From an uncultured Gemmatimonadales bacterium (GTDB taxonomy: Bacteria > Gemmatimonadota > Gemmatimonadetes > Longimicrobiales > Gaopeijiaceae): DNA of 64,000 nt. The notes beneath the pieces are model-generated. The model searched no databases. It was not told the DNA's origin and worked only from the letters and a program-made list of their open reading frames with translations. This document shows positions 1-11,490 of the stretch, piece by piece. How positions within the stretch are numbered: position 1 is the first letter of the stretch; each line of letters starts with the position of its first letter. The stretch lies in contig OY970395.1 in assembly GCA_963720485.1 (NCBI GenBank), forward strand, positions 2,264,885 to 2,328,884. The letters run 5' to 3'. The translations under genes were made by a program, and so were the position numbers.

Positions 1-1
1 C

Positions 2-520
2 CAGACCTTCACGGGCCGCGTCACCGAGATCGGCAACAGCGCCATCCAGTCCACCACCTCGGGCCAGACCACGAGCGGGACCCAGGCGGCCGTCGACTTC
101 GAGGTGGTGATCACGCTGGACAACCCGCCGGTCCTGCTGCGTCCTGACCTCTCGGCCACGGCGGACATCGTCACCGACACCCGGAGCGATGCCCTCTCGG
201 TGCCCATCATCGCCCTGACCGTCCGGGAGCCGTCGGACACGGTCCCCGCCAGCAAGGCTCCGCGGAAAGGCGGAGCCACGCCCGCCGAAGCGGCGCCCGC
301 CACCCCCGGCGAGCGTGCTCAGGACCTGGAGGGCGTATTCCTGTACTCCGGCGGCAAGGTCCGCTTCAAGCCGGTGAAGGTGGGCATCGCGGGGCAGGAA
401 TACTTCGAGGTGACGTCGGGCCTCGAGCCCGGGGACACGGTCGTGGCCGGCCCCTACCAGGCCATCCGCGACCTCCACCCCGGCGACCCGGTCCGGCCCC
501 AGAAGGCCCAGGGGAGCTGA
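2..520 (+). CDS. HlyD/MacA-family efflux transporter periplasmic adaptor subunit, C-terminal part (5' end lies outside the window)
   Basis: The frame is open from position 2. The C-terminal beta-barrel/MP domain sequence (VITLDNPPVLLRPDLSATADI..GKVRFKPVKVGIAGQEYFEVTSGLEPGDTVV) is typical of RND/ABC adaptor subunits. Two MacB-type permease genes follow directly. Confidence 0.8.
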   Translation, partial: QTFTGRVTEIGNSAIQSTTSGQTTSGTQAAVDFEVVITLDNPPVLLRPDLSATADIVTDTRSDALSVPIIALTVREPSDTVPASKAPRKGGATPAEAAPATPGERAQDLEGVFLYSGGKVRFKPVKVGIAGQEYFEVTSGLEPGDTVVAGPYQAIRDLHPGDPVRPQKAQGS

Positions 521-529
521 CCGAACCCC

Positions 530-1769
<1,240 letters not shown>

Positions 1770-1773
<4 letters not shown>

Positions 1774-3080
1774 GCGTCCCCGGCCGCACCGTCGCCACGC
1801 CCGGACCGGACCAGCCCCGCCGGGGCCTCCGGCTGGAGACCTTGAACGAGGGCGTGCGCATCGCCCTGGACGCCCTCCGGGCCAACAAGGTGCGCTCGAG
1901 CCTCACCATCCTCGGCGTGGCGGTGGGCGTCTCGGTGGTGGTGACGATGGCCGCCCTCATCACCGGCATCCGGGGAACCATCTTCCAGGCCTTCGAGTCG
2001 GCCGGGCCCAACAACTTCATCGTGATGCGCTTCGACTTCACCGCCGTGCGCATCGTCACGGACAACGGGCGCCCCCCGTGGTGGAACAAGCCTGTTGTGA
2101 CGCCGGAGGAGGCCGAGCGGATCGGGGAGCTGCCGGGGATCGAGGCGTCGCTCTACAACATGGGCGGGCTCGTGGACGCGGAGTTCCAGGGGCAGCGGGT
2201 GAGCGGCATCCAGAGTCAGGGCTACTCCTCGGGATGGCCCCGCTACACCACCGGCGACTTCATCGCGGGCCGGGACTTCACCCCCGCCGAGGTGCGCCAG
2301 TCCCGGGCGGTCGCGGTGCTGTCGGCGGCCCTGGCGACGGACCTGTTCGGGCAGCGGGACCCCATCGGCCGCCGCGTGTCGCTCTCCAATCCCCAGGGTA
2401 CCCGGGCGGAGTTCACCGTCATCGGGGTGTTCCAGCCCGAGGAGAACATCTTCACGTCGGCCGTGAAGCACTGGGTCGTGTTCCCCTACACGGCGGGGCT
2501 CAAGCGGCTCAAGCTGTCGGACGAGCAGGCGCAGATCCTGGTGGTGCCGCGGCCAGGGGTCGGGCTCCGGGAGGCCCAGGACCAGGTCATCGGCGCGCTG
2601 CGCGCCTCCCGCGGCCTGCGGCCGCGGGAGGAGAACGACTTCGCGCTGGTGGCCTCGTCCCAGATCCTGGACACCTTCAACCAGCTCACGGGCGTGTTCT
2701 TCGCCGTCATGCTGGGGCTCTCCTCCGCCGGCCTCATGGTGGGCGGGGTGGGCGTCATCGGCATCATGCTCATCTCGGTGACCGAGCGCACCCGGGAGAT
2801 CGGCGTGCGCAAGGCGGTGGGGGCCACCCGCCGGGAGATCCTCCTGCAGTTCCTGGTCGAGGCGGCCGTCCTCACGGTGCTGGGGGGCGCCGTGGGCCTC
2901 GCCCTGGGCGGCGCGCTGGCGTGGGGGGTCCAGGCGCTGACCCCCGTGCCCGCCGACATCCCCCTCTGGTCGGTGGCCGCGGCGCTGGGCATGGCGGCCC
3001 TCACCGGGATGCTGTTCGGGCTCCTTCCGGCGCTCAGGGCGTCTCGCCTGGAGCCGGTGGTGGCCCTGCGGGCCGAGTGA
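1770..3080 (+). CDS. MacB/FtsX-family ABC transporter permease (second copy, intact)
   Basis: Carries ALRANKVRSSLTILGVAVGV, the FtsX motif ERTREIGVRKAVGA, and a C-terminal RASRLEPVVALRAE. The ATG at 1770 overlaps the upstream stop (ATGA). A TTG at 1842 gives a more canonical N-terminus (MNEGVRIALDALRANK). Confidence 0.8.
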
Positions 3081-3163
3081 CGCCATCTTCCGGCCCGCCC
3101 GGGCGAGGCGCCCTCGCGCCCAGTCCCGGAGCGCCCCTGGTCCCCCGCCCTGGAGAGCCCGCC

Positions 3164-3889
3164 GTGCCCGAGCCGCTGGACGTCCTCGCCGTCATGGCCC
3201 ACCCCGACGACGCCGAGCTCCTGTGCGGGGGAGCCCTGGCCAAGAGCGCATCCCGGGGCGAGCGCACGGGCGTGGTGGACCTGACCCGTGGCGAGAGCGG
3301 CTCCTTCGGCAGCGTCGACCAGCGGGCCCGGGAGTGCGAGCGCTCCTCCGAGATCCTGGGGCTGGCGTTGCGGCGCACGGCCGGGCTCCCCGACGCGGGC
3401 ATCGAGAACACGCCGGCCACCCGCCGCACGGTGGCCGCCCTCCTGAGGGAGCTCCGCCCCCGGGTCGTCGTGACCCACTGGATCCAGGGGCGCCACCCCG
3501 ACCACACCACCGCGGCCGCCCTGGTGCGGGACGCCTGCTTCCTGGCCGGCCTCCGGAACCTGGATGCTCCCGGCGATCCGTGGCGCCCCTTCAAGGTCGT
3601 CCACGCCACGGCGTACCGCGAGGACGCCGCCCCGCCCACCTTCGTGGTCGACGTGAGCGCGTTCATGGAGCGGAAGCTGGAGGCCCTGTCGGCGTACGGC
3701 TCCCAGTTCGAGGGGAAGACGGCCATGGGCGAGGTCCTGCCGGGGGGCGACCGGCCGGTGCTGGAGCAGGTGCGGGTCCAATGCGCCCACTACGGCTCCC
3801 TCATCCGCGTGGCGTACGGGGAGCCCTTCCACACCGGGGAGACGCTGGCGTGGGAGACCCTGGGAAGCCTGGGGGTGGCGAGCTTCTAG
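3164..3889 (+). CDS. PIG-L/LmbE-family N-acetylglucosaminyl deacetylase (BshB1-like)
   Basis: The N-terminal sequence VLAVMAHPDDAELLCGGALAK is the hallmark of the LmbE/PIG-L zinc deacetylase family. A GTG start has a GGAGAG Shine-Dalgarno sequence 8 nt upstream. Confidence 0.8.
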   Translation: MPEPLDVLAVMAHPDDAELLCGGALAKSASRGERTGVVDLTRGESGSFGSVDQRARECERSSEILGLALRRTAGLPDAGIENTPATRRTVAALLRELRPRVVVTHWIQGRHPDHTTAAALVRDACFLAGLRNLDAPGDPWRPFKVVHATAYREDAAPPTFVVDVSAFMERKLEALSAYGSQFEGKTAMGEVLPGGDRPVLEQVRVQCAHYGSLIRVAYGEPFHTGETLAWETLGSLGVASF

Positions 3890-3901
3890 ACGACGCGGCC
3901 C

Positions 3902-4246
3902 TCAGGTCCCCCGGGCACAGGAGACCTCGAGGAGCAGGCGTCGCCAGCTCGGCACGTCGGAGCCGTGCACGCGGATGGCCCGGGCCGAAGCGCCGCCTCC
4001 CTCCTGGAGCCAGGGGCACAGCCAGGAGGAGATCTCCGGCGGCAGGTGCCCCACCGGCTCGCCCGACCGGAGGTGCACCCACACCTCCGGCTCGTCCTGG
4101 CCCGGCGGGTCGGGGATGAGCAGGAGGGGCTCACCCTCGTGCATCGCGTCCAGATGGCGGTCCCGCCCGGCGAACACCGTGCCGTGGACCGTGGAACGGA
4201 AGTCCATCGGACGGCCTTCGGGAAACGGGGGGAGGTGGTGGATCAT
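3902..4246 (-). CDS. hypothetical protein (115 aa)
   Basis: It is the only ORF with ordinary amino-acid composition in the 460-nt gap between the deacetylase and mnmA. The internal Met of a longer ORF was chosen so that the gene does not overlap mnmA. Confidence 0.35.
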   Translation of the reverse strand: MIHHLPPFPEGRPMDFRSTVHGTVFAGRDRHLDAMHEGEPLLLIPDPPGQDEPEVWVHLRSGEPVGHLPPEISSWLCPWLQEGGGASARAIRVHGSDVPSWRRLLLEVSCARGT

Positions 4247-4363
4247 GCGGGCCCCGTGCGGGGGTGGGCGGTGCCTGCCGAAAAATAATCGGCCGGGCGC
4301 GGATGGAAACAGAGGCGTCACGCAGGCCGGAGCCGGTGCCGCCCCGAGGGGTAGGAGACAGCC

Positions 4364-5473
4364 ATGAAGCGAGCGCGCAGGATCCTGATGGCCATGTCCG
4401 GAGGGGTGGACTCTTCGGTGGCGGCGGCCCTCCTGGTGGAGGAGGGGCACGACGTGGTGGGCGTCACGATGCGGACGTTCTGCTACTCCGGCACACCCTC
4501 CCACGGGAAGACCTGCTGCGGCCTGGACGGTATCCTGGACGCCAGGAACGTGGCCCGCAGCCTGGGCATTCCCCACCACGTGTTCGACGTCGAGGACGCC
4601 TTCACCCGGGACGTCGTGGACGACTTCGTGTCCGAATACGCCCGGGGACGCACGCCCAACCCCTGCGTGCGCTGCAACTCCTTCACCAAGTTCCGCGACC
4701 TGCTGCGTCGGGGCGCCGACCTGGGGTGCGACGCCGTGGCCTCGGGGCACTACGTGCGCGTCGAGCACGGCGAGAAGGGCCCCCGCCTCCTGCGGGGCGC
4801 GGACCGGTCCAAGGACCAGGCGTACTTCCTGTGGGGGCTCCCCCGCCGTCTGCTGCCCCGGCTACGCTTTCCCCTGGGCACCCTCACCAAGCCGGAGGTC
4901 CGGGAGCGGGCCCGGGCCCTGGGGCTCGTGACCGCCGAGAAGCCCGAGTCCCAGGAGATCTGCTTCGTGCCCACGGGCGACTACCGGGACCTGCTGCGGA
5001 AGCGCCTCCCGGAGCGCCACCCCGCGCTGGAGCCCGGCCCCCTGGTGGGGGTGGACGGCGCCTCGTTCGGGGAGCACGACGGCTACGCGGGCTTCACGGT
5101 GGGGCAGCGCCGCGGGCTCGGGGGCGGCTTTCCGGAGCCGTTCTACGTGGTGGAGATCCGGCCCGAGACCCGGGAGGTGGTGGTGGGGCCCCGGGAGGCC
5201 CTGGCGTCCGTGGCCGTGGTGGTGGAGTACCCCGCCTGGCTCGTGGACGCCGCGCCGACGCCCGGTGACCGCGTGCTGGTGCAGGTGCGTCACCGGGCCC
5301 CTGCCGCCGCCGCCCGGGTGGAGGCGTCCGGCGAGGACAGCCTCACTCTGGCCTTCGACACCCCCCAGCGCGCGGTGACCCCGGGCCAGAGCGCGGTCCT
5401 CTTCGACGGCGACGTGGTCCTGGGGGGCGGCCGCATCGCCCGGACGCTCCGGGGCGCGGGCGCGCCGGCTTGA
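4364..5473 (+). CDS. mnmA: tRNA 2-thiouridine(34) synthase MnmA
   Basis: Carries the PP-loop SGGVDSSV, catalytic cysteines (NPCVRCN) and the conserved C-terminal domain. An AGGAGA Shine-Dalgarno sequence precedes the ATG at 4364. Confidence 0.95.
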   Translation: MKRARRILMAMSGGVDSSVAAALLVEEGHDVVGVTMRTFCYSGTPSHGKTCCGLDGILDARNVARSLGIPHHVFDVEDAFTRDVVDDFVSEYARGRTPNPCVRCNSFTKFRDLLRRGADLGCDAVASGHYVRVEHGEKGPRLLRGADRSKDQAYFLWGLPRRLLPRLRFPLGTLTKPEVRERARALGLVTAEKPESQEICFVPTGDYRDLLRKRLPERHPALEPGPLVGVDGASFGEHDGYAGFTVGQRRGLGGGFPEPFYVVEIRPETREVVVGPREALASVAVVVEYPAWLVDAAPTPGDRVLVQVRHRAPAAAARVEASGEDSLTLAFDTPQRAVTPGQSAVLFDGDVVLGGGRIARTLRGAGAPA

Positions 5474-5489
5474 GCCGACCGCGGCCCCC

Positions 5490-5723
5490 TCAGTCCAGGG
5501 TCTCCGCCTCCTCCATCATGCGGGTCAGCTCCTCCGCCGAGGCGGTCTCCACGGCCGCCTCGGCGTCCGACTTGTCCCCCTGCAGGGCCAGGGCACGGGT
5601 GCGCTCATGGGGGTCCGACATGCAACGGAACATGACCCGGGCGCGGTCCGGGAATCCGTACCTGCCGGTGGTGGCGTAGACCTCCCACTCCCTCAGGTCG
5701 TCATCCATGATGGTCCTCGGCAT
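5490..5723 (-). CDS. hypothetical small protein (77 aa) downstream of dnaJ
   Basis: The Met-start ORF has ordinary composition (MPRTIMDDDLREWEVYATTGRYGFPDRARVMFRC...). The upstream part of the longer ORF overlaps dnaJ and was rejected. Confidence 0.4.
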   Translation of the reverse strand: MPRTIMDDDLREWEVYATTGRYGFPDRARVMFRCMSDPHERTRALALQGDKSDAEAAVETASAEELTRMMEEAETLD

Positions 5724-5767
5724 GGCGTGCTCGGCCCTCTCTGTGATCGGATGGGGGAACGGCCGCG

Positions 5768-6910
5768 TCAGTGACGGAGGCCGCTGGCGTCGGCGAACTG
5801 CTCCATGGCCCGGCGCTGCTCGTCGGACAGCTCCTCCGGGACGTCGACGGTCACCTCCACGTACTGGTCGCCCGTCCGGTCCCCCTTCTCCACGCCCTGC
5901 CCCCGGATGCGGAAGCGGGTACCCGACTGGGTCCCCGGGGGGATGGTGAGGACCACCTTCCTGCCCTGCACCGTCTTCACCCGCACCTTCGAGCCCAGCG
6001 TGGCCTGGGCGATGTTGATGGGCACGGTCACGTGGATGTCCAGGCCCTCGCGGCGGAAGAAGCGGTGCGGCTTCACCTTGAAGGTGAGGAGCAGGTCGCC
6101 GGGCTGGCCGCCCGCGCTGCCCCGCTCCCCCTGCCCCGACAGGCGGATGCGCGTGCCGTCGTCGGCCCCCGGCGGCACGTTCACCTGGATCTTCCGCTGC
6201 TGCCGCACCGTGCCGCTCCCCTGGCACGATGGGCACGGGACGTCGGGCACCGTGCCCCGGCCGAAGCACGCGGGGCAGGGACGCTTCACGGCAAAGCCTC
6301 CCTGGCCGAACGTGATGGTGCCGGTGCCGCCGCACTCCGTGCAGCGGTGCACGCTCGAGCCGGGAGCCGCGCCGCTGCCGCCGCAGGTGGCGCACTCCTC
6401 GGTGATGGGGACGTCGATGGTGATGCGCCCCCCCCGCACCGCCGTCTCGAAGGGGACCTCCACCACGTACTCGACGTTCTGTCCCCGTTCGGGTCCGGCC
6501 CGGGAGGTCCCGCGCCCCGCCCCCCGGTGTCCCCGATCGAAGATGGAGCTGAAGATGTCGCCGAGGCCACCGAAGTCCCTCAGGTCTTCGAAATCGAAGG
6601 CGAAGCCGCCCCCGGGCTGGGCGCCCTGCCCCGGAGCCCCCCCCGCGCCGGGGCGGCCGCCCCGGCCCCCGAAGCCTCCGAAGGCTCCCAGGCGCCGCAT
6701 CTGGTCGTACTGCTTCCGCTTCTCCGGGTCGGAGAGGACGGAGTACGCTTCGCCGATCTCCTTGAAGCGCTCGGCGGCCTTGGGGTCGTCGGGGTTGGCG
6801 TCGGGGTGATGCTGCTTGGCGAGCTTCCGGTACGCCTTCTTGATCTCGTCCTGCGACGCCTTCTCCGGAACGCCGAGGACCTCGTAGAAGTCCCGGGTGG
6901 TGCTGGCCAT
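5768..6910 (-). CDS. dnaJ: molecular chaperone DnaJ
   Basis: Contains the J-domain (DFYEVLGV...HPD), a G/F-rich region, four CxxCxGxG zinc-finger repeats and the C-terminal domain. Confidence 0.95.
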   Translation of the reverse strand: MASTTRDFYEVLGVPEKASQDEIKKAYRKLAKQHHPDANPDDPKAAERFKEIGEAYSVLSDPEKRKQYDQMRRLGAFGGFGGRGGRPGAGGAPGQGAQPGGGFAFDFEDLRDFGGLGDIFSSIFDRGHRGAGRGTSRAGPERGQNVEYVVEVPFETAVRGGRITIDVPITEECATCGGSGAAPGSSVHRCTECGGTGTITFGQGGFAVKRPCPACFGRGTVPDVPCPSCQGSGTVRQQRKIQVNVPPGADDGTRIRLSGQGERGSAGGQPGDLLLTFKVKPHRFFRREGLDIHVTVPINIAQATLGSKVRVKTVQGRKVVLTIPPGTQSGTRFRIRGQGVEKGDRTGDQYVEVTVDVPEELSDEQRRAMEQFADASGLRH

Positions 6911-6920
6911 GGAGGGTCGC

Positions 6921-7493
6921 TCAGCCGTGCTTCAGGACGCCGACGCGGGCCGGACGCACCAGATGCCCGTCCAGCCGGTAGCCCTTCTGCAACACCTGGC
7001 CGACGTGATCATCCTGGTCCGGGTCATCGGTGTGGATGCGCATGATGGCCTCCATGGTCTCCGGATCGAACGCCTCGCCCTCGGGGTCGAGGGGCTCGAC
7101 GCCGGCGTCCTCCAGGGTCCGGAGGAACTTGCGCTCCACCAGGTCCACGCCCTCCACGATGGACTGGACCGAGACCGCCGGGTCCGACGGGTCCAGCGCG
7201 CTCACCCGCTGGAGGTCGTCCAGGACGTCCAGGAGCCCCCGCACCAGCTCGGCCTGGGCCCGGGTGCGGCTCTGGGCCATCTCGTTCTCGGCCCTGCGGC
7301 GGTAGTTCTGGAACTCCGCGGCCAGCCGCAGGTGGCGGTCGTTGAGGGCCTCGAACTCGGTCTGGAGGTGGTCCAGCTCCACCGAGAGCCCGTCGTCCGG
7401 TGCCTCCGCCGCCGTGGCCGAGGTGGTGGGGGCGTCCGCCTCCTGATCGTCGCCGCGGGTCTCCCCGGCGTCCGTCTCGTCTCGATCCGTCAT
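6921..7493 (-). CDS. grpE: nucleotide exchange factor GrpE
   Basis: Shows GrpE coiled-coil and beta-domain motifs ([22 protein letters not shown]...). The longer upstream ORF extension is Pro/Gly/Arg-rich and was rejected. Confidence 0.9.
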   Translation of the reverse strand: MTDRDETDAGETRGDDQEADAPTTSATAAEAPDDGLSVELDHLQTEFEALNDRHLRLAAEFQNYRRRAENEMAQSRTRAQAELVRGLLDVLDDLQRVSALDPSDPAVSVQSIVEGVDLVERKFLRTLEDAGVEPLDPEGEAFDPETMEAIMRIHTDDPDQDDHVGQVLQKGYRLDGHLVRPARVGVLKHG

Positions 7494-7537
7494 GGTCCGT
7501 CCGGCAGAATGCTCGATTCCGTGGGTGTCCCGACGCT

Positions 7538-8425
7538 TCACCCGGGCGGGGAAGATACCCGCCCCCCCTCTTCGGGTTCTCCCCGGCGGTGGGCGTCCAT
7601 CCAGTCGGCGAGGAGCGCGAAGACCTCCTCGCGCCCCAGGTCGTTGAACGGCTCGTGCCGACGCCCCTCCAGCTCCACCGCCCGCACGTTGGGGGCCGCG
7701 AGGGAGCGCGCCCAGCGCAGGGTGCGGCCACTGTCCGCCACCCGGTCGTCCCCCGGCACCAGGACCAGCGTCGGGATGGTGGGCTCCACCCCCTGTTCCA
7801 GGGCCCGGGACTGGGCCGTGCGCACCTGGTCCCAGAGACGGGGGGTGATGAGGTGGTGCACCAGCGGATCGCGCTCGTACGCCGAGCGGCGCGCCTCGTC
7901 CCGGGTCAGATCCTCGGGCGGGAGCTCCTCCCGCACCGCCACGTCCGGGGCCACCCGGAGCAGCAGCCTGCCCAGGAGACGCTTCCAGGCGGGGACGGCG
8001 TGGGCCGTGGCCAGCCAGGGCGCCGACAGCACGGCGCCCGGGGTGCTGGGCCGGTACGTCTGAAGGTAGCGGAGGAGGACGAGGCCCCCCATGGAATGAC
8101 CCACCAGGAACGGCGGCCCCAGGCCGGGGAGGCGGAGCTCGGCCTCCGCCCGGGCCAGGTGGAGATCCTCCAGAAAGAGGGCGAAGTCCTCCACGTGTCC
8201 GCGCCGGCCCTCCGAAGCCCCGTGACCCCGCTGGTCGTACGCCAGCACGGAGAAGCCCCGGGACATCATCGCGCCGGCCAGGAGGTCGTAGCGGCCGGCG
8301 TGGTCGCCCAGCCCGTGGACCACCACCACCCGGGCCTCGGAACCGGGCTCCTCCCACAGAAGCGCCCTCAGGTGGGCGCCGCCGGCCCCCACCAGGGTGC
8401 TCACCACTGGGCGGGGGGCGTTCAC
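7538..8425 (-). CDS. alpha/beta hydrolase (lysophospholipase/monoacylglycerol lipase-like)
   Basis: Carries an HGLGDHAGRYD oxyanion region and a GHSMGG nucleophile elbow. The GTG start overlaps the cinA stop (GTGA). Confidence 0.8.
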   Translation of the reverse strand: MNAPRPVVSTLVGAGGAHLRALLWEEPGSEARVVVVHGLGDHAGRYDLLAGAMMSRGFSVLAYDQRGHGASEGRRGHVEDFALFLEDLHLARAEAELRLPGLGPPFLVGHSMGGLVLLRYLQTYRPSTPGAVLSAPWLATAHAVPAWKRLLGRLLLRVAPDVAVREELPPEDLTRDEARRSAYERDPLVHHLITPRLWDQVRTAQSRALEQGVEPTIPTLVLVPGDDRVADSGRTLRWARSLAAPNVRAVELEGRRHEPFNDLGREEVFALLADWMDAHRRGEPEEGGRVSSPPG

Positions 8426-9711
8426 CCCTCCTCCAGCAGCTTCAGGAGGAGGGCCAGCACCGCCTGGGCGGAGCGCTCCCGCACCGCGTCCCGGTCGCCG
8501 GGAAAGACCCGGCGCTCGGCCCGGGTCGTAGCGCCCAGAGAGGCCGCGTACCACACCAGCCCCACGGGCTTGTCGGCCGTGCCCCCCTCGGGGCCGGCGA
8601 TACCCGTGACGCCCACGCCGGCGTCGGCGCCCAGCACCCGGGCCGCGCCCTCGGCCATGGCCCGGGCCACCGGCTCCGACACGGCGCCCTCGCGCTCCAG
8701 AACCCCCTGCTCCACGCCCAGGGTGCCGACCTTCACGTCGTTGGCGTAGGCCACCACACCCCCCAGGAACCAAGCGGAGGCCCCCGCCCGGTCGGTGAGG
8801 CGCTTGGCCACCAGGCCGCCCGTGCAGCTCTCCGCCGTGGCCAGCGTGAGCCCCCGGGCCTGGAGAGCGTCGGCCACGGCCTCCACCAGGTCGCCTCCCG
8901 GCGCCTGGAACCGTATGGGCGCCAGCAGCGGCGCCAGCGCCCCCTCCAGCCGGTCGAACCAGCGCTCCGCCTCCTCCCGGTCGCCCCGGGCGGTGAAGCG
9001 GAGGTCGACGCCCCGGAGGTCGGGGAGGTAGGCCAGCTTGACCGGGCCCCGGTCGGCGGGCAGGCGCGCCTCGACCTCCTCCGCCAGGCGCGACTCGGGC
9101 ATCCCCGTGGTGTGGAGCGTGCGGTGCCAGGCCGGCCGCAGGCGTCCGGCGAAGACCTCCCCCAGGAAGGGAGCGAGCCCGCCTTCCCACAGCCCCTTCA
9201 TCTCCCGGGGCACCCCCGGGAGGAGCGCAACGAAGTGGCCGTCCCGCTCCAGCACGAGGCCGGGAGCCGTGCCCCGTTCGTTGGGCAGCACCCGGGCCCC
9301 CTCCGGCACCATGGCCTGGCTCCGGTTCAGCGCCGGAAGCGTGTCGTAGCCTCGGCCCCGGAAGCGTCGCTCCAGGGCCTCCAGGAGGACTGCATCGAGG
9401 CGCAGGGGCGCGCCCAGGAGGCCGGCCACGGCCCCCCTCGTCAGGTCGTCGGCGGTGGGCCCGAGACCGCCGGTGACGACCACCAGGTCGGCGTCCTCCA
9501 CGGCTGCGCCCACGGCCCGGCGGATCTCGCCCTCGTCGTCGCCCACCGTCGCCCGCCGGGCCACCTGGACACCGAGGTCCGAGAGCCGGACCCCCAGCCA
9601 GGCGGCATTGGTGTCCACGGTGCGGCCCAGGAGCAGCTCGTCGCCCACGGTGATCAGCACGGCCCGGGGGGTCTCGCCCCCCGTCGGGAGGTCGGGCCCC
9701 GGGGCGGTCAT
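8422..9711 (-). CDS. cinA: competence/damage-inducible protein CinA (MocF-like N-terminal domain plus C-terminal CinA/PncC deamidase domain)
   Basis: Full-length two-domain architecture (AVLITVGDELLLGRTVDTNAAWL...; C-terminal ESCTGGLVAKRLTD). Confidence 0.9.
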   Translation of the reverse strand: MTAPGPDLPTGGETPRAVLITVGDELLLGRTVDTNAAWLGVRLSDLGVQVARRATVGDDEGEIRRAVGAAVEDADLVVVTGGLGPTADDLTRGAVAGLLGAPLRLDAVLLEALERRFRGRGYDTLPALNRSQAMVPEGARVLPNERGTAPGLVLERDGHFVALLPGVPREMKGLWEGGLAPFLGEVFAGRLRPAWHRTLHTTGMPESRLAEEVEARLPADRGPVKLAYLPDLRGVDLRFTARGDREEAERWFDRLEGALAPLLAPIRFQAPGGDLVEAVADALQARGLTLATAESCTGGLVAKRLTDRAGASAWFLGGVVAYANDVKVGTLGVEQGVLEREGAVSEPVARAMAEGAARVLGADAGVGVTGIAGPEGGTADKPVGLVWYAASLGATTRAERRVFPGDRDAVRERSAQAVLALLLKLLEEG

Positions 9712-9713
9712 CG

Positions 9714-10364
9714 TCAGTCCCGGACCCCCACCAGGGAGCGGTAGCTCCAGAGGTAATCGATCATGGAGTAGACGGTGAGCACCACCGCCAGGAGGAGGGT
9801 GAGTCCGATCCAGACGCCGTGGAACGACATCCAGGCGCGCCAGACGCCCGAGCCGATCCAGCCCCGGTCCGCCGCCAGCTGCCGCAGGGGATACCAGAGG
9901 AGGAGACCGCCCACGAAGAGGTTCTGGGTGAACGCCTTGTACTTCCCGGAGCGCCCGGCCGCGATGACCACGCCTCGCCGCGAGGCGTAGCTGCGAAAGA
10001 GCGTGATCGCCGCCTCCCGGCCGAAGATCACCACCAGGACCCAGACCGGCAGCGGCCCCCACCAGGGCAGCCCGTTCGCCGGGCCGGGCCGGTGGGAGAT
10101 GATGTAGAAGGGGATGAACGTCACCACGAGGAGCAGCTTGTCCGCCAGCGGGTCCAGGAGCTTTCCCACGTCGGTGATGAGGCCGTGCTTCCGGGCCAGA
10201 TAGCCGTCCCACAGGTCGGAGAGGGCGGCCGCGATGAACAGGACGAAGGCGCCGAAGCGGGCCCCGGTGCCCGGCTGGAGGGCGAGCCAGAACAGGACCG
10301 GGCATACGCCGATCCTGGCCAGCGTGATGAGGTTCGGCAGGTTCAGCCGTCGCCCGGGAGGCAC
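9714..10364 (-). CDS. pgsA: CDP-diacylglycerol--glycerol-3-phosphate 3-phosphatidyltransferase
   Basis: Carries the CDP-alcohol phosphatidyltransferase motif (DGYLARKHGLITDVGKLLDPLADK). The classic pgsA-cinA pair lies 3 nt apart. Confidence 0.9.
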   Translation of the reverse strand: MPPGRRLNLPNLITLARIGVCPVLFWLALQPGTGARFGAFVLFIAAALSDLWDGYLARKHGLITDVGKLLDPLADKLLLVVTFIPFYIISHRPGPANGLPWWGPLPVWVLVVIFGREAAITLFRSYASRRGVVIAAGRSGKYKAFTQNLFVGGLLLWYPLRQLAADRGWIGSGVWRAWMSFHGVWIGLTLLLAVVLTVYSMIDYLWSYRSLVGVRD

Positions 10365-10367
10365 CGC

Positions 10368-10946
10368 TCAGCTCAGGTTCTTCACGACCATCTTGCTCAC
10401 CGCCTTCAGGGTCTCGAAGACCCCCTTGCCCTCGGTGGCCACCGCCTCGAAGTCGGGGACCCCGGTGGGGTTCAGCTGGGCGCGCAGCTCCTCCACGGCC
10501 ATGGCGTTGGGGAGATCGCGCTTGTTGTACTGGATGGAGAACGGGATCTTCTTCAGGTCGTACCCGTAGGCCTCCAGGTTCTCGTACAGGTTGTGCATGG
10601 CCTCGATGTTCGCCTCGGCTCGCTCCCGCTGGGAATCGGCGACGAAGATGATGCCGTCGACGCCCTTCAGGATGAGCTTGCGGGAGGCGTTGTAGTACAC
10701 CTGGCCCGGCACCGTGTACAGGTGGAAGCGGGTCTTGAACCCCCGGATCTCACCCAGGTCGATGGGGAGGAAGTCGAAGAAGAGGGTCCGCTCGGTCTCG
10801 GTGGCCAGGGAGATCATCTTCCCCTTGGTCTCCGGGTTCACCCGCGAGTAGACGTGCTCCAGGTTCGTGGTCTTCCCGCCGAGCCCCGTCCCGTAGTAGA
10901 CCACTTTGCAGTTGATCTCCCGGGACGCGTAGTTGATCATCGACAT
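10368..10946 (-). CDS. mglA: Ras-like small GTPase MglA (gliding-motility / polarity GTPase family)
   Basis: Very close match to MglA signatures: [29 protein letters not shown]..., switch regions, NKRDL. Start set at MSMINY (192 aa). Confidence 0.85.
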   Translation of the reverse strand: MSMINYASREINCKVVYYGTGLGGKTTNLEHVYSRVNPETKGKMISLATETERTLFFDFLPIDLGEIRGFKTRFHLYTVPGQVYYNASRKLILKGVDGIIFVADSQRERAEANIEAMHNLYENLEAYGYDLKKIPFSIQYNKRDLPNAMAVEELRAQLNPTGVPDFEAVATEGKGVFETLKAVSKMVVKNLS

Positions 10947-11163
10947 GGCGACGATCCTTCCCGGGGAGCGGGCAAGGGGGTAGGGTCGGCGGACCACACG
11001 AAGGGTCGGTCGATCACGTGGCCTGGCGGCGAGAGGGCGGTCAGGAAGAGAACCCGGTTGGCGGGGGACCGGCGGTAGGCCCTCCGGGCCCCGCGGGAAC
11101 GGCTCCTAAAGTCTTACCCCCCAAGGCTCGGGGCAAGGCTGCACCCTCCTCCCACGCGCAGGC

Positions 11164-11484
11164 TCACCCGGAGGTGGCGCTCTGCAGGCGCATGCCGTCC
11201 CGCTCCCGGGCCTGCTCCTCCATGCGCCGCACGATGGCCTGGGCACGGCTCCTGAGCAGCTTGCGCGGCTCCCAGGCGATGAAGTCTCGCAGCAGCGTGA
11301 TGTTGTCCACCGTGGCCTCCTCCCCCGCCATGTAGCCCAGCGCCGCCAGCCGGCGCAGGGCGTGGGGACTGAACAGGTCGCGGCGGTGACGCGACATCTG
11401 GTCGCGGACGACCAGCGTCGCCACCGCACCCGCGGCCGCCGTGGCCAGCACCGTGAGCCCCACCGTCTTCAGCGTTCGGTTCAT
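11164..11484 (-). CDS. hypothetical protein with N-terminal signal/TM segment (106 aa)
   Basis: Clean ORF directly downstream of recR. Has an N-terminal hydrophobic segment (LTVLATAAAGAVATLVV). Confidence 0.5.
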   Translation of the reverse strand: MNRTLKTVGLTVLATAAAGAVATLVVRDQMSRHRRDLFSPHALRRLAALGYMAGEEATVDNITLLRDFIAWEPRKLLRSRAQAIVRRMEEQARERDGMRLQSATSG

Positions 11485-11490
11485 CGCTCC

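Noticed and set aside
7494-7537. Expected CIRCE/HrcA operator upstream of grpE-dnaJ
   Set aside because: The 44-nt gap has no TTAGCACTC-N9-GAGTGCTAA-like inverted repeat, so no heat-shock operator can be supported here.
6921-8357. 478-aa ORF extending grpE upstream across the hydrolase gene
   Set aside because: The upstream part is Pro/Gly/Arg-rich. GrpE homology starts at MTDRDETD (7493). The hydrolase is encoded in another frame.
11164-11484. Possibility that the 106-aa protein upstream of mglA is the MglB GAP
   Set aside because: The sequence has an N-terminal hydrophobic anchor and no Roadblock/LC7-like alternating beta-alpha pattern, so it was not called as MglB.
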